DNA from: Mobula hypostoma
Lineage: Eukaryota
Assembly: GCF_963921235.1 (NCBI RefSeq)
Contig: NC_086107.1
Location: forward strand, 97,404,001 to 97,468,000
Length of the DNA stretch: 64,000 nt
Direction: 5' to 3'
In this document: piece after piece, positions 37,411 through 51,992 of the stretch
Position numbering within the stretch: position 1 is the first letter of the stretch
How the letters are laid out: every line of letters starts with the position of its first letter
Translations under genes and position numbers: made by a program
Notes under the pieces: model-generated
The model's database searches: none
What the model was told of the DNA's origin: nothing
What the model saw: the letters and a program-made list of their open reading frames with translations, nothing else

Positions 37411-40332
37411 GTGGACCTATCCTCCTCATAGTTTTGCACACCTCTGTCAGATCACCACCAAACCTAGAGGCTCAGCACAGACATAGAATCATACACACAC
37501 ACACACACTCACAGAAACAGCCCATCCAGCTCACTCCAACCTGATCTTCTGCATAGTCCAATCTACCAGCACCTGGACCATACCCCTCCAAAACCCTCCC
37601 ATCCATGTATCTATCCAAACTTCTCTTAACCGTTAGAATGGAAGCAACATTTCCCACCTCCTCTGGCAGCTCCTCCCACACTAACACCACACTCTGAATA
37701 AAATTTCCTGTTAGATTCTCCTTAAATATTTCACCTTTCACACTGAACTATGACCTCTAGATCTAGTCTTACCCAACCTGCTGGGCAAAAGCCTGCTTGC
37801 ATTCTCCCCGTCTATACCCATCATAATTTTGTTTCCGTTTGTAAGATCTCCCCTCATTTTCCTGCAATCTACAGAATGAAGTCCGAACCTATTTAACCTA
37901 TCTCTGTAGCTCAGATCCTCAAGTCCCAGCAACATCCTTGTAAATTTTCTTTGAGTTCTTTCAAGCTTATTGATAGCTTTTCTGTAGGTAGGTGACCAAA
38001 ACTGCACACAATACTCCAGATTTGGCCTCACCGACATCTTATGCAACTTCAACATAACATCCTGGCTCCTGTACTTCATGATGGGGTGAAGGGCCTGTTT
38101 CTGTGCTGTACATCACTGTGGCTCCTCTGCTTCATAGAAACCAAACCCATTCCATCCAGTCTCTCCTCGTAACTAAAACACTCCATCTTGGTGAATTGCC
38201 TCTGTAACCTCTCCTGTACAATCACTTTCTCCCTATTTTGTGGTGACCAGAACTGTCTCTCAGAACGTTTTCCAATTGTTTCCCTTGATGTAAGACTGAC
38301 CATTCTGTAGTTACCCAGTCAACCAAAAGCGTGACAGTGCAGTTCCCTCCACAGATGCAGTCAGACTCACTGAGTGCTCCCTGCATCTTGTTTGTAACAG
38401 ACTTTGCTATCCCAGTCATATAGTACCTAACGAGGGTAAAGAAATCTTTTGCAGGTCCCCAGCTATCTCCACCTTCACTTTCCATAGCATGGGTTACATC
38501 TCATCTGGCCCTGGGGACTTATCCGACTCTATGTACTCTAAGGCATCAAAAACTTCCTCTTTCCTGATGCCAATGCACTCCAAAGCATCACCGACCCTCA
38601 TCTCGTACTGTCCCTCTATCTCGTCCTTCTCCTAGGAGAGTATAGATGAGAAGTTCTCACCCAGGAGCTCACCTACATCTGCGGCCCAGTCAAAGAGTTG
38701 CCCTTTGATTACTAAGGGCCGTACATTTTTCCTGCTTAACCTTTAGATCCTTGTAAGTATCAGCTATTTTGAGATTCTTCTTTCTCCTGTTTACTAATGA
38801 TAGTCTGCAACACTTTTGCTCTCCTATGTGCTCTGTATTCCTCCATGAACCCTCCACCATAAGTTCCCTACACCTGTCATGTACTTACTTTGTTTCCATA
38901 ATTGGCTCTTTGGCATCCCTGGGCATCCTGAGTTCTCCAACCTCACCATCCTTACCTTCCCTATATTCAATGGTTCAATTTAATTTCAGAGAAAGCAGGC
39001 AGTGTACACCCTGAAATTCTTACTCTTCATAGACATCCATGAAACAGAAGCAAAATCCCAAAGAATGAATGAGAGAAAACGTTAGAACCCCAAAGACCTA
39101 CCTCCCCGTCCTACGCAAAAGACCTACCTCCCCCCTCCCACGCAAAAGACCTACCCCCCAACGCAAAAGCAGCAGCAAAAGTATCAACCCCATCCCCACC
39201 CACTATGCAAGCAATAGCAAAGCACCTCAGACCATAATCTAGAGTCCATCAAAATCTAATGCCACCCCAACACTTCCACATCTCGGGCAGGCTCCCTCGC
39301 TCGTTAGTGGGGGAGAGAGAGATATCGCTCCTGCAGCAGACAAGAAGGAGACCAACAGCTCACTGTTTCGACGTTGCACTCTGCAGATCGCTTATTTGAG
39401 TTCCCTCAACTTGGGGAAGCGTTTTCGACAGCTGCGTACACTGTTGTCTCAATGTTTCGATCTCCTGCAACACTTCAGTCAGTGACACCAGCGAGGAATC
39501 GGGTCATCCTCATGGCTGCAGCTTGTAGGCGCCTGGAGATATCGAGGAATGCCAGGCCGCTTGGTGAGTTCCGAGAACGAGGACCCGCTACCATGAGGAA
39601 CTGCAGTTTGAGAGCAGCTGTAGATCATGGACTCCGACAGAACCCCGGCCACCTTGTAAAGGAAGAAAGAGACATCAAGAGAAGAAATTAAACTGTTTTG
39701 TGGGTGAACTGAAAGAAGTTGCTCAGGTCTGCTAAAACCTCCAATATTATTTTTAGCTCCTCCCACTCTCACTAACTCCTGCTTAAAGCTTGTTGGATTT
39801 TTTTTCAACCTATAAGCAACCCCTCCCATCCTTCACTTGTCTTATTGAAACTAGGTCTTCCCTGATTTAGGACCCTAACTAGCTGACCTTCCTTATTCAT
39901 CTCCACAGCTACATTGAAAGTTACAGAACTATGATCATTATTCTCACAATGTTCACCAACTCTTTCCCCATTTGTCTTTTCCACTTCTCGAGCTTCAGTC
40001 CAGTTTTGAGACAGTCGTCTCTTTCCCTCTCACACCAGTTATCATTTGAAGCACAAAGTGCCACTTCAACTGCCCTGGCACTTTGTCTCTCTCACAGATG
40101 GCTACACCACATCACCAGCACAGCAGACTTTCAGAACTCCTAGCAAACTTAGATATCTCTGAGCTTACAATGGAGAAAACAAGTAAATAATTTATTCTCT
40201 TAAAAAAACCATCCTTTAAAAATGTAAGAGGACCTAAATAATTAATAACGCACTTAAAATGAAACACATTTAAATATTTTTAAATTAACATTAAAATATA
40301 ATTAAAATAATTAATTAATTCAAAGATGTAAA

Positions 40333-40700
40333 TTACATGAAGCTTGCCTTTTTCTCTGCTAGTGACAGAAATGGGCTATCCTGTCTAGATTCCCAGTGAC
40401 AGGAATGGGCTATCCCAGGGAAATCCCCAGCACAACTACCAGAACACCATAGGAAGTTACCACTCAACCAAAGTCCTGAAGTCTGAGCAGCGTGGACTTG
40501 AGACTGGACGGCAGTCACAGGGAGCTCAGAAGTTCAAGCCCTCAGTGGTGGAGCCCTTGTTGAGCTGCTCCTCCTCACAGACCAGGATGTGCCACCAGTT
40601 TTGCAGCTTCCGTCTCCAGGAAGCTCTCTGTCCTCATCTGTAACTCTCTGAGTGACTACACCTTGCTGGTCCCAAGAATTCCCGAGCATCCACATTAAAA
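40333..40700 (-). mobile_element. Ancient PIF/Harbinger transposase N-terminal relic
   Basis: GNFLWCSGSCAGDFPGIAHS vs the HARBI1-type LNFFASGSFQ..AGD..GISQS. Confidence 0.45.
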
Positions 40701-41296
40701 ACAATCACCTTTCTGCTAAATTGAGTCACATAGCAGAGAAACAGGTCTTTCAGCAAATCCAGGTCCTGCTGACCATCTACACTAATCCTACGTCAATTGG
40801 ATCTTATTCTCCCCACATTCATATCAACTTCTCTGAGATTCCACCACTTACTTAATTGGACAATGTTAATTGGGCGCTGTAAATTGCCCCTACTGTGTAG
40901 TTGAGGGGTGGGTAGAATCTGAGGGAATTGATGAGAATGTGGGGAGAGCAAGTGACAGGGAAACGTGTGGGAGGGCGCTCCCAAGCAACTGCGGTTCCTT
41001 CATGATATGAGAATCCCCTTGATCAACAGTCCATTTGCCATCTTACAGTTCCTGCTCACTGTACACAGCAGAGGAGGTGCTGGATGTCATAAATGTATGA
41101 AGGGAGATAAGTCTCCGGGGCCAGACTATCTTCTGAGAACATTGTGGGAAGCTAGAGCAGAAATTGTGGGAGCCCTGTCTGCGATGTATGCATCATAGTT
41201 AACACTGGGTGAAGGGTCGAAAGACTGGAGGGCAGCTAATGTTGTACCTTGATTTAAGAAGGACACCAAGGAAAACCTGGATAAGCCAGCCTGTTG

Positions 41297-41780
41297 TCAC
41301 CAATACAACTTCAATGTGGTGGTGTGCAGGGAAAATGGCATCAACACGGGTGATGCCAATAGGCTCAATAAACGGATTAGGCTGGTCCTGTTATAGGAGT
41401 CAAACTGGACACACTGGGGTTGTGGTAGATCAAAGGGCCCTACAGAAAATCCTGGCAATTCGGGACAATGTTTCTCACCCGCTGGATGCCACCTTGGCTG
41501 AACAGAGGGGCACTTTTTGTAATAGTCTAAGACAACTACACTGCTCCAAAGAGCGCTATATGAGGTCACTCTTACCCTTGGCCATTAGGCTCTATAATGA
41601 GTCAACCCATAGCCAGGGAAGTGACGACACCCTTCTGATAGACTGTTCGTGGTAACTTATTTTTAAAATTTTTTTCTACTTCTCTTCTAATATTTGTATG
41701 TCTGTACACTTGTAATGCTACTGTGACACTGAAATTTCCTTTGGGCTCATTAAAGTATCCATCTATCTGTCTATCTATCT
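41297..41780 (+). mobile_element. Rex1/Babar-type LINE 3' fragment with (ATCT)n tail, nested in CR1 (about 41075-42920)
   Basis: ILAIRDNVSHPL...RLYN C-terminal motif; same family as 57632-58165. Confidence 0.8.
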
Positions 41781-43996
41781 AAACTAATATCTGTGATAGA
41801 TAAGTCACCGAAAGGGATTTGGAGGGGTAGTATATACTGTACATCCACTTGGAAAGTCAGTTGGTTATTGTAGATATCAGGTGTGGCTTTGTGCATGGGA
41901 GATCATGTCACACAAATCTGAATGAGTTTTTTTTTTGAAGAAATATAATCAAGAAGAAGATTAAGGAGCGCAGGAGTCTACATGACCTTCAGAAATGTCT
42001 TGATAAGGTTTGTAAAGCAAGTTGCTATGGAAAGTTAGATCATATGGGACCCAGGCAGAGCTAGCTAATTGGATACACAATTGGCTTGATGGTAGGAAGC
42101 AGATCTTGATGGTTTTGTAGACTGGAGGCCTATGACTCGCTGTGTGCCTCAGAGTCAGTTCCAGCATTGTTGCTATATGTCATCTATATTGATGGCTTGG
42201 GTGAGGATATATGATTAGTAAGTTTGCAGGTGACACTAAAATAGGTAAACAGGGGATTCTGCAGATGATGGAAATCCAAAGCAACACACACATAAAAATT
42301 CTGGAGGAACTCAGTAGGTCAGGCAGCATCTATGGAAATGAATAAACAGTCAGCATTTCAGGCCGAAACCCTTCTTCAGGACCAAAATGGGTTGTGTCTT
42401 AGACAGTGAAGATGATTACTAATAATTACAAAGACATCTCCATCACTTGGGTAAGGGGGCCAATGAAGGACAAACGGAATTTAATTCGATAAGTGTGAGA
42501 TGTTACATTTTAGGATGGCAGATGAGGGCAAAATTCTCACAGTACGCAGCAGAGTCCTGGGTACTGTTGTAAAACCAGGGGACCTGGAAGTGAAAGTATC
42601 TGAATCCATGGAAATGTAGTCACAGGTAGACAGGATGGTGAAAAAGCCTTTTGGCATCCTGGCCTTCATCAACTAGGACACTAAATATAGAAGTTCAGAG
42701 GTTGTGTTGCAGTGTACAATATACAGGTGAGGCCACATTTGAAATGTTGTGCTCTGTTTTGTCATCCCCCTGCTAGAGGAAAGATGTCATTAATTTGGAA
42801 TGAGTGCAGAGAAGATTGACGAGGCTTCTGCCAGGACTTGAGGGACTGAGTTATAGAGAGAAGGTGAGCAAGCTGGGACTTTAATCATTGGCGTGTGGGA
42901 GATTGAGGGCAGCTGGTAGCTGATTATACTTGCCACCCTTTATGTGAAAAGGTTGCCCCGCTAGTTTCTCTTAAATCTTTCCCCTCTCACTTTAAACCTA
43001 TACCCTTTCTTCCTTAATACTCTAACTCTGGGAAAAAGACTGAGTGTATTCACCCTATCTATGCCCCTCATGTTTTTATACACCTCTATAAGATCACCTG
43101 TCAGTCCCCTAAGTAAGAATTAAAGCCTTAGCTTGTCTCACCTCACCCTATAACTCAGTCCCTCAAGTCCTGTTGGCATTCGTGTAAATCTTTTCCACAA
43201 TCTTTCTAGTTTAATAATATCTTTCCTGTAAGAGGGCGACTAAGACCATATACAGTACTCCATGTGCTTCCTCAGCAGGGTCCTGTACAACTGCACCAGA
43301 GCTTCCCAACTTTTATACTCAGTGCCCTGACTGATAAGGCCAGTGCACCAAAAGCCTTCTTCACCAACTTGCCTACCTGCAACTCCACTTTAGCGGACCA
43401 TATACTCGCACTCTGTGGTCCCTCTGTCCGACGACACTCCCCAGGGCCCTGCTGTTCACTGTGGAAGGTCTACCTGGCTTTAACTTTGCAAACTGCAACA
43501 TTTTGTACGTATCTGAATTAAGCTCCATTTGCCTTTCAAGCCACTTATTCAGCTGATCAAGCTACCCTTATAATTTATGATAACCTTCGCTTTCCACTAT
43601 ACCACATCAGCGTCGTCTGCAAACTTATTAACCATGCCTTGTGCTTTTTTTATCCAAATTATTATTTAGATGACCAAAAAAAAATATGGGTTGAGCACCT
43701 AGTCCTGAGACAGACTGTTAGTCATGGGCCTTCAGTGCAAAAACCAGCCATCTACCGTTACGATTGCCTATCCAATTAGCCAGCCTAAAACGGATCCCCT
43801 GTAATCTAACCTTTCAGAACAAGCTAACACGTGAAACCTTAGGAAAACCCTTTCTGAAGTCCAGCTGACCATGTCTGCGCTCTATACTCATCTACTTTCC
43901 TGGTCATATGATCAAAAAACTCAATCAAGTTCATTAGACATTACCCATAGCCAACCCCTTACTTTATATCTCAGGACTCTCTCCAGTAATTTAACT

Positions 43997-44585
43997 ACCA
44001 CAGGGCCCTGGTGAGACCACACCTGGAGCATTGTGTACAGTTTTGGTCTCCAAATTTGAGGAAGGACATTCTAGCTATTGAGGGAGTGCAGTGTAGGTTC
44101 ACGAGGTTAATTCCCGGGATGGTGGGACTGCCATATGTTGAAAGATTGGAGTGGCTGGGATTGTATATACTGAAATTTAGAAGGATGAGAGGGGATCTGA
44201 TTGAAACATATAAGATTATTAAGGGATTGGACACGCTACAGGTAGGAAACATGTTCCCAATGTTGGGGGAGTCCGGAACCAGAGGCCACAGTTTGAGAAT
44301 AAGGGGTAGACAATTTAGAACGGAGTTGAGGAAAAACTTTTTCACCCAGAGGGTTGTGGATCTGTGGAATGCTCTGCCTCAGAAGGCAGTGGAGGGCAAT
44401 TCTCTGGATGCTTTCAAGAAAGAGTTAGATAGAGCTCTTAATGATAGCGGAGTCAAGGGATATGGGGAGAAGGCAGGAACAGGGTACTGATTGTGGATGA
44501 TCAGCCATGATCACAGTGAATGGCGGTGCTGGCTCAAAGGGCCGAATGGCCTACTCCTGCACCTATTGTCTATTGTCTATTGTTA
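43997..44585 (+). mobile_element. Young CR1 3' fragment nested in an older - strand CR1 (about 42905-44730)
   Basis: Uninterrupted RPHLEHCVQFWSP...FFTQRVVDLWN; (CTATTGT)n tail. Confidence 0.92.
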
Positions 44586-45834
44586 GACTTACTAGTCTAT
44601 AGCCCCAGATTTATCTTTGCCACCTTTCTTAAGTAAAGGCACAACTTTCATTACTCTCCAGTCTACTGGCACCTTCCTCATGCCCAACGATGATTCAAGT
44701 ATCTCAGCCAGGGCTCCCGCAATTTCTTCTCTAGCCTCCCAGAGCCTTCATGGAAATACCTGGTCAGGTCCTGCAGGTTTATCCAGCAGCTCCTCTTCTG
44801 TAACGCCGACCAATGAATGTAGTTTAAACCCACCTGAGCAGCACAGCAAATCTGCCCACGATGATATTGGTCCCCGAGAGTTCGAGTGTAATCTATCCCT
44901 CTTGTACAAGTCACCTCTGCCCCAAAAGTGCAAAGGTTTGGAATTTCTGCCCCTTGCACCAATTTTTCAGCCACACACAATCTCCTATACACTCCTGTTT
45001 TCACCCCCATTAGCTCGTGGCGCTGGTTGTGGTCTAGAAAATGCTACCTCAAAATCCTTCTTAATTCTTCCCTAGCACCCTATACTGATCCCTGCAGGAC
45101 CTATGTCATTTGCGCCAATACGCACAACAGCTTCTGGCTGCTCACCTTGACTGCTCCCTGCAGACCGGGCTGGGAGACCACCTTCCCAGCACTGACATGT
45201 CGAGGCCGCGAGCAACTATGAGTCTTCGGTGAGGTCACTACTCTTCCTCCTGATCCCTTCAGGCTGCTGGCTGCTCTCAGCCCGTCTCTCTGCACCTAGC
45301 AGACGGACAAGAGCATCGGATTCCTCCGTGTGTTGGGTGAGCGTCATTCATTCCGTTGCCGGGATTATGGGAACTGGCAGGGAAATAAGCTTCGGAATGA
45401 TGGCGCAGAGCAGATCCAAAGAAATTCCCAAGATTGGGATCAACCAGAGTTTGGGTTCATTAGCTCCAATCAGTCATGGGCTAATTAAGGCTTTCCAAGC
45501 ATTAATTATTTGCAATTTGAAAACCACATGTAAAGCCAGAAAGGAGCAGAGGCGTTGAATGAGACAATGAGACTGTGCCTGAGGTACATGGAGCTTCTAA
45601 TGAAAGGAATAATCTGCTCTCACATATTTAAGAGGATTAGTCTTGTTTAAAGGATTCTGTAACCGCTGAGGATGATTCATGTTGAATAGGGTTGCTTGGT
45701 TTGATCTTTTGTTCTTTATGCAGAATATCTCTACTGGTACATAGAGTATGCACCAGAACTGTTGTATCATACACTGTCCTTCAGTTGAGGGTTCCTGGTT
45801 GCAATAATGTTTTAACATTGATTGTTTGACCTCT

Positions 45835-46245
45835 TGTTAATTGCATAAACAATTTACTTACACTCTGGCGTTTAGGGCAGCAATGAAGTTCCTCTATCTC
45901 TGGTGGTGCTTCATCGTGTCAGTAGCACTCCCAGCAGTCGTGAAAGTCCCGGGTGGAGGCTCAGGAATACCGTCGCACTCAGATGTAGGAGGATACTTCA
46001 CTGCTGTTTCCCAAACAGTTTTGTTTTGCCAGTCTGCGTTGTTAGTCCTGAGCTGAACTCCCAGACCTGGAGGACTGGTGGACCACTCTTAGTATGGCCT
46101 CTACCCTTTGACCTGTTTGGCTTGGGTGACCCTAGTCAGAGCCAAAGCATGTAGCCCTGACTACAGCTGACATGCTGAAGATCTCCGGGCCATTGAGGGG
46201 CTCAAGCCTCCAAACCGTGACAAAGTTATGGTCCTCTTGGAGGAA
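45835..46245. mobile_element. Probable RTE-derived non-autonomous element
   Basis: Resembles short RTE-type deletion derivatives; no ORF. Recognised by resemblance only. Confidence 0.35.
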
Positions 46246-46252
46246 TTACATA

Positions 46253-46648
46253 GATCTGATTGAAACGTATAAGATCCTAAAGGGATTGGACAGGCTAGAT
46301 GCAGGAAGATTGTTCCCGATGTTGGGGAAGTCCAGAACGAGGTGTCACAGTTTGAGGATAGAGGGGAAGCCTTTTAGGACCGAGATTAGGAAAAACTTCT
46401 TCACACAGAGAGTGGTGAATCTGTGGAATTCTCTGCCACAGGAAACTGTTGAGGCCAGTTCATTGGCTATATTTAAGAGGGAGTTAGATATGGCCCTTGT
46501 GGCTACGGGGGTCAGGGGGTATGGAGGGAAGGCTGGGGCGGGGTTCTGAGTTGGATGATCAGCCATGATCATAATAAATGGCGGTGCAGGCTCGAAGGGC
46601 CGAATGGCCTACTCCTGCACCTATTTTCTATGTTTCTATGTTTCTATG
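46253..46648 (+). mobile_element. Young CR1 3' fragment, tail-to-tail with the long copy
   Basis: DLIETYKILKGLDRLDAGRLFPMLG...; (TTTCTATG)n tail. Confidence 0.92.
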
Positions 46649-49600
46649 AAACGTGGAAAATAGGTGCAGGAATAGCCCATTCGGCCCTTCGAGCCTGCAC
46701 GGCCATTCAGTATGATTGTGACTGATCATCCAACTCAGAACCCCATACCAGCCTTCCCTCCATACCCTCGATCCCTTTAGCCACAAGGGCCATGTCTAAC
46801 TCCCTCTTAAATATAGCCAATGAACTGGCCTCAATTGTTTCCTGTGGCAGAGAATTCCACAGATTCACCACTCTCTGTGTGAAGAAGTTTTTCCTCATCT
46901 CGGTCCTAAAAGGCTTCCCTTTTATCCTCAAACTGTGACCCCTCGTTCTGGACTTCCCCAACATCGGGAACAATCTTCCTGCATCTAGCCTGTCCAATCC
47001 CTTTAGGATTTTATATGTTTCAATAAGATCCCCCCTCAATCTTCTAAATTCCAACGAGTATAAGCCTAGTCGATCCAGTCTTTCATCATATGAAAGTCCT
47101 GCTATCCCAGGAATCAATCTGGTGAACCTTCTTTGTACTCCCTCTATGGCAAGGATGTCTTTCCTCAGATTAGGGGACCAAAACTGCACACAATACTCCA
47201 GGTGTGGTCTCACCAAGGCCTTGTACAACTGCAGTAGTACCTCCCTGCTCCTGTACTCGAATCCTCTTGCTATGAATGCCAGCATACCATTCGCCTTTTT
47301 CACCGCCTGCTGTACCTGCATGCCCACTTTCAATGACTGGTGTATAATGACACCCAGGTCTCGTTGCACCTCCCCTTTTCCTAATCAGCCACCATTCAGA
47401 TAATAATCTGTTTTCCTATTTTTGCCACCAAAGTGGATAACCTCACATTTATCCACATTAAATTGCATCTGCCATGAATTTGCCCACTTGCCTAACCTAT
47501 CCAAGTCACCCTGCATCCTCTTAGCATCCTCCTCACAGCTAACACTGCTGCCCAGCTTCATATCATCTGCAAACTTGCAGATGCTGCATTTAATTCCCTC
47601 ATCTAAGTCATTAATATATATTGTAAACAACTGGGGGCCCAGAACTGAGCCTTGCAGTACCCCACTAGTCACTGCCTGCCATTCTGAAAAGGTCCCGTTT
47701 ATTCCCACTCTTTGTTTCTTGTCTGCCAACCAATTCTCTATCCACATCAATACCTTACCCCCAATACCACTTTCTTTAAGTTTGCACACTAATCTCCTGT
47801 GTGGGACCTTGTCAAAAACCTTTTGAAAATCCAAATATACCACATCCACTGGTTCTCCCCTATCCACTCTACTAGTTACGTCCTCAAAAAATTCTGCGAG
47901 ATTCGTCAGACATGATTTTCCTTTCACAAATCCATGCTGACTTTGTCCGATGATTTCACCGCTTTCCAAATGTGCTGTTATCACATCTTTGATAACTGAC
48001 TCTAGCATTTTCCCCACCACCGATGTTAGGCTAACCGGTCTATAATTCCCCCGTTTCTTTCTCCCTCCTTTTTTAAAAAGCGGGGTTACATTAGCCACCC
48101 TCCAATCCTCAGGAACTAGTCCAGAATCTAAAGAGTTTTGAAAAATTATCACTAATGCATCCACTATTTCTTGGGCTACTTCCCTAAGCACTCTGGGATG
48201 CAGACCATCTGGCCCTGGGGATTTATCTGCCTTTAATCCCTTCAATTTACCTAACACCACTTCCCTACTAACATGTATTTCCCTCAGTTCCTCCATCTCA
48301 CTAGACCCTCTGTCCCCTACTATCTCCGGAAAATTATTTATGTCCTCCTTAGTGAAGACAGACCAAAGTGGTTATTCAATTGATCTGCTATGTCTTTTTT
48401 CCCCATAAGCAATTCACCTGTTTCTGTCTGTAGGGGACCTACATTTGTCTTAACCAATCTTTTTCTTTTCACATATCTATAAAAGCTTTTACAGTCAGTT
48501 TTTATGTTCCCTGCCAGTTTTCTCTCATAATCTTTTTTCCCTTTCCTAATTAAGGCCTTTGTCCTCCTCTGCTGAACTCTGAATTTCTCCCAGTCCTCAG
48601 GTGAGCCACTTTTTCTGGCTAATTTGTATGCTTCTTCTTTGGAATTGATACTATCCCTAATTTCCCTTGTCATCCACGGGTGCACTACCTTCCCTGGTTT
48701 ATTCCTTTGCCAAACTGGGATGAACAATTGTTGTAGTTCATCCATGCGATCTTTAAATGCTTGCCATTACATATCCACCGTCAACCCTTTAAGTGTCATT
48801 TGCCAGTCTATCTTAGCTAATTCACGCCTCATACCTTCAAAGTTACCCTTCTTTAAGTTCAGAACCTTCGTTTCTGAATTAACTATGTCACTCTCCATCT
48901 TAATGAAGAATTCCACCATATTATGGTCACTCTTACCCAAGGGGCCTCTCACGACAAGATTGCTGATTATCCCTTCCTCATTGCTGAATACCCAGTCTAG
49001 AATAGCCTGCTCTCCAGTTGGTTCCTCGACATGTTAGTTCAAAAAACCATCCCGCATACATTCCAAGAAACCGTCTCCCTCAGCACCCTTACCAATTTGG
49101 TTCACCCAATCTATATGTAGATTGAAGTCACCCATTATAACTGCTGTTCCTTTATTGCACGCATTTCTAATTTCTTGTTTAATGACATCCCCAACCTCAC
49201 TACTACTGTTAGGTGGCCTGTACACAACTCCCACCAGCGTTTTCTGCCCCTTAGTGTTATGCAGCTCTACCCATATCGATTCCACATCCTCCCGGCTAAT
49301 GTCCTTCCTTTCTATTGCGTTAACCTCCTCTCTAACCAGCAATGCTACCCCACCTCCTTTTCTTTCATGTCTATCCCTCCTGAGTATTGATTATCCCTGA
49401 ATGTTGAGCTCCCATCCTTGGTCGCCCTGAAGCCATATCTCTGTGATCCCAACTATATCATATTCATTAATAACAATCTGCACTTTTAATTCATCCACCT
49501 TGTTACAAATGCTCCTTGCATTGACACACAAAGCCTTCAGGCTTGCTTTTACAACACTCCTGGCCCTTATACAATTATGTTGAAAAGTGGCCCTTTTTCA

Positions 49601-51000
49601 TTTTTGCCCTGGATTTGTCGGCCTGCCACTTTTACTTTTCACCTTACTACTTTTTGCTTCTATCCTCATTTTACACTGCTCTGTCTCTCTGCACTTGTTC
49701 CCACCCCCCTGTTGTGAACTAACCTCCTCTCTCTTAGTCTCTTTAATTTGATTCCCACCCCCCAACCATTCTAGTTTAAAGTCACCTCAGTAGCCCTCGC
49801 AAATCTCCCCGCCAGGATATTGGTCCCCCTAGGATTCAAGTGTAACCTGTCCTTTTTGTACAGGTCACACCTGCGCCAAAAGAGGTCCCAATGATCCAAA
49901 AACTTGAATCCCTGCCCCCTGCTCCAATCCCTCAGCCACGTATTTATCCTCCACCTCACTGCATTCCTACTCTCACTATCGCGTAGCACAGGAGGAAATC
50001 CGAGGTTATTACCCTTGTAGTCCTCTTTCTCAACTCCCTTCCTAACTCCCTATATTCTCCTTTCAGAACCTCTTCCCTTTTCCCACCTATGTCATTGGTA
50101 CCTATATGTACCACGACCTCTGGCTCCTCACCCTCCCACTTCAGGATATCTCAGACGTGATCAGAAATATCCCGGACCCTGGCACCAGGGAGGCAAACTA
50201 CCATCCGGGTCTCTGGACTGCGTCCACAGAATTGCCTATCTGACCCCCTTACTATTGAGTCCCCTATTACTACTGCCCTCCTCTTCCTTTCCCTACCCTT
50301 CTGAGCTACAGAGCCGGACTCTGTGCCGGAGGCACGGCCACTGTCGCTTCCCCCGGGTAAGCTGTCCCCCCCAACAGTACTCAAACAGGAGTATCTATTG
50401 TCAAGGGGCACAGCCACATGGGTACTCTCTAATACCTGACCCTTTCCCTTCCCCTTCCTAACCGTGACCCACTTGTCTGCCTCCCGTGGCTCCGGTGTGA
50501 CCACCTGCCTGTAACACCTCTCTATCAACTCCTCACTCTCCCTGACCAGACGAAGGTCATCGAGCTGCAGCTCCAGTTCCCTAAACGCGGTCCCATAGGA
50601 GCTGCATCTCGGCGCACCTGGCGTAGATGTGGATGTCCGAGAGGCCTGGAGACTCCAGAACCTCCCACATCCAGCACCAAGAACAATAAGCTGCCCTCAC
50701 ACTCATACTGCCCCTCTCCTCAAGTAACAACAAAAAATGAATACCAAACCTTCCTCGCCTCGCCCGTTGAGTTGAAGCCCTTAAGCCTTCACTCTGCTCC
50801 CGGCTCACTCTGCCACCCTCAAACTGCGCTGCCCGCTGTATAAGGCTCTGTTCCTTTTAAATCTTCTGCGCTTCACTGCCTGACGTCACACGCCTGCGCA
50901 GTCCCTCCTCTCTGAACGCCAATGGAAAAAAAACCCCAAAAATTCAAAAATGGCTTCCTCTGCACTCCCGCTTCGATTCTCAGACTTCCTTCTCCGAATT
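46647..51000 (-). mobile_element. Near full-length CR1 LINE (5'UTR, ORF1 zinc finger plus SGNH esterase, ORF2 APE plus RT) with several frameshifts and stops
   Basis: ORF1 starts at 50706 (MSVRAAYCSWC...VIGDSIVRG...DRLHLN). ORF2 has LCVNARSI, GVVYRPP, MGDFN, SDH, YLDFQKVFD, QGSVLGP, KFADD. CpG-containing 5' end. Confidence 0.96.
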
Positions 51001-51554
51001 GCATAAACAAGCAGCTCCATAAAAGAGCTGAAGATACCACCACGGTCAGATCAATCCCAATGGAGGGTTTGTACCCGAAACATCACCAATTCCTTTCCTT
51101 CCCCCAGAGATACTGCTTGAACGGCTGAGTTCCTCCAGCAGATTGTTCAGGAAGGAGATAGGGAGCCTAGTGGAACAACATTTCCGTAAAGTTAGCAAAA
51201 CAAAAGAGTTGGTTTGACTTCAGGAAAGCGGCGGGCACTTGCTCCCGCTTACATCAGGATGCTGAGGATGGGAAGGTTGAGAGCTTCAAGGTACTAGGAG
51301 TAAACGTCAAGAGTAACCTGTCCTAGTCCGGCCACATGGACATCACAACCAAGAAAGCTTGCCAACACGTCTACTTCCACAGGAGGCTGAAGAAATTTGG
51401 CACGTTCTCGTTGATGCTCACCAATTTTTATAGATACCCAATAGAAAGCATCCTATCCAGATGTATCACAGCTGGCATGGACTAAGACTGCAAGAAACTG
51501 CAGAGAGCTGCCAACACAGCTCGTCACATTATGGAAACCTGGCTTCCCTCCATG

Positions 51555-51992
51555 GTGGCCACTGTATTAATTGCATCTGTACACCTGTTTGTTGATGCAA
51601 ATATCTAATCAGCCAATCATGTGGCAGCAATTCAATGAATAAAAGCATGCAGACTTTGCCAAGAGGTTCAGTTTTTGTTAAGACCAAGTATCAGAATGGG
51701 GAAGAAATGTGATCCAAGTTACTTTGACCGCGGAATGATTGTTGGTGCCAGACGCGGTGGGTTGAGTATCTCAGAAACTGCTGATCTCCTGATTTTCACC
51801 CACAGCTGTCTCTAGAATTTACAGAGGATGGTGCAAAAAACCAAAAAGAAAACATACAGTGAGCAGCTGTGGGCAAAAATGCGAGGGTGGTCCGAGGAGG
51901 ATGGCCAAACTGGTTCAAGGTGACAGTAACTCAAATAACCATATGCTATTGCCGTGGTGTGTAGAAGAGCATCTCTGAAAGCACAATGAGTC
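51555..51992 (+). mobile_element. Tc1/mariner 5' fragment
   Basis: From 51696, MGKKCDPSYFDRGMIVGARRGGLSISETADLL (Tc1 paired-like HTH), preceded by TIR-like sequence. Confidence 0.85.

Noticed and set aside
45146..45295. 150-nt minus-strand exon candidate (also 35875-35988 and about 52725-52823)
   Set aside because: Position fits the low-complexity middle of GREB1, but no motif could be aligned. The 45145 donor overlaps a CR1 remnant, so it is not listed as a feature.
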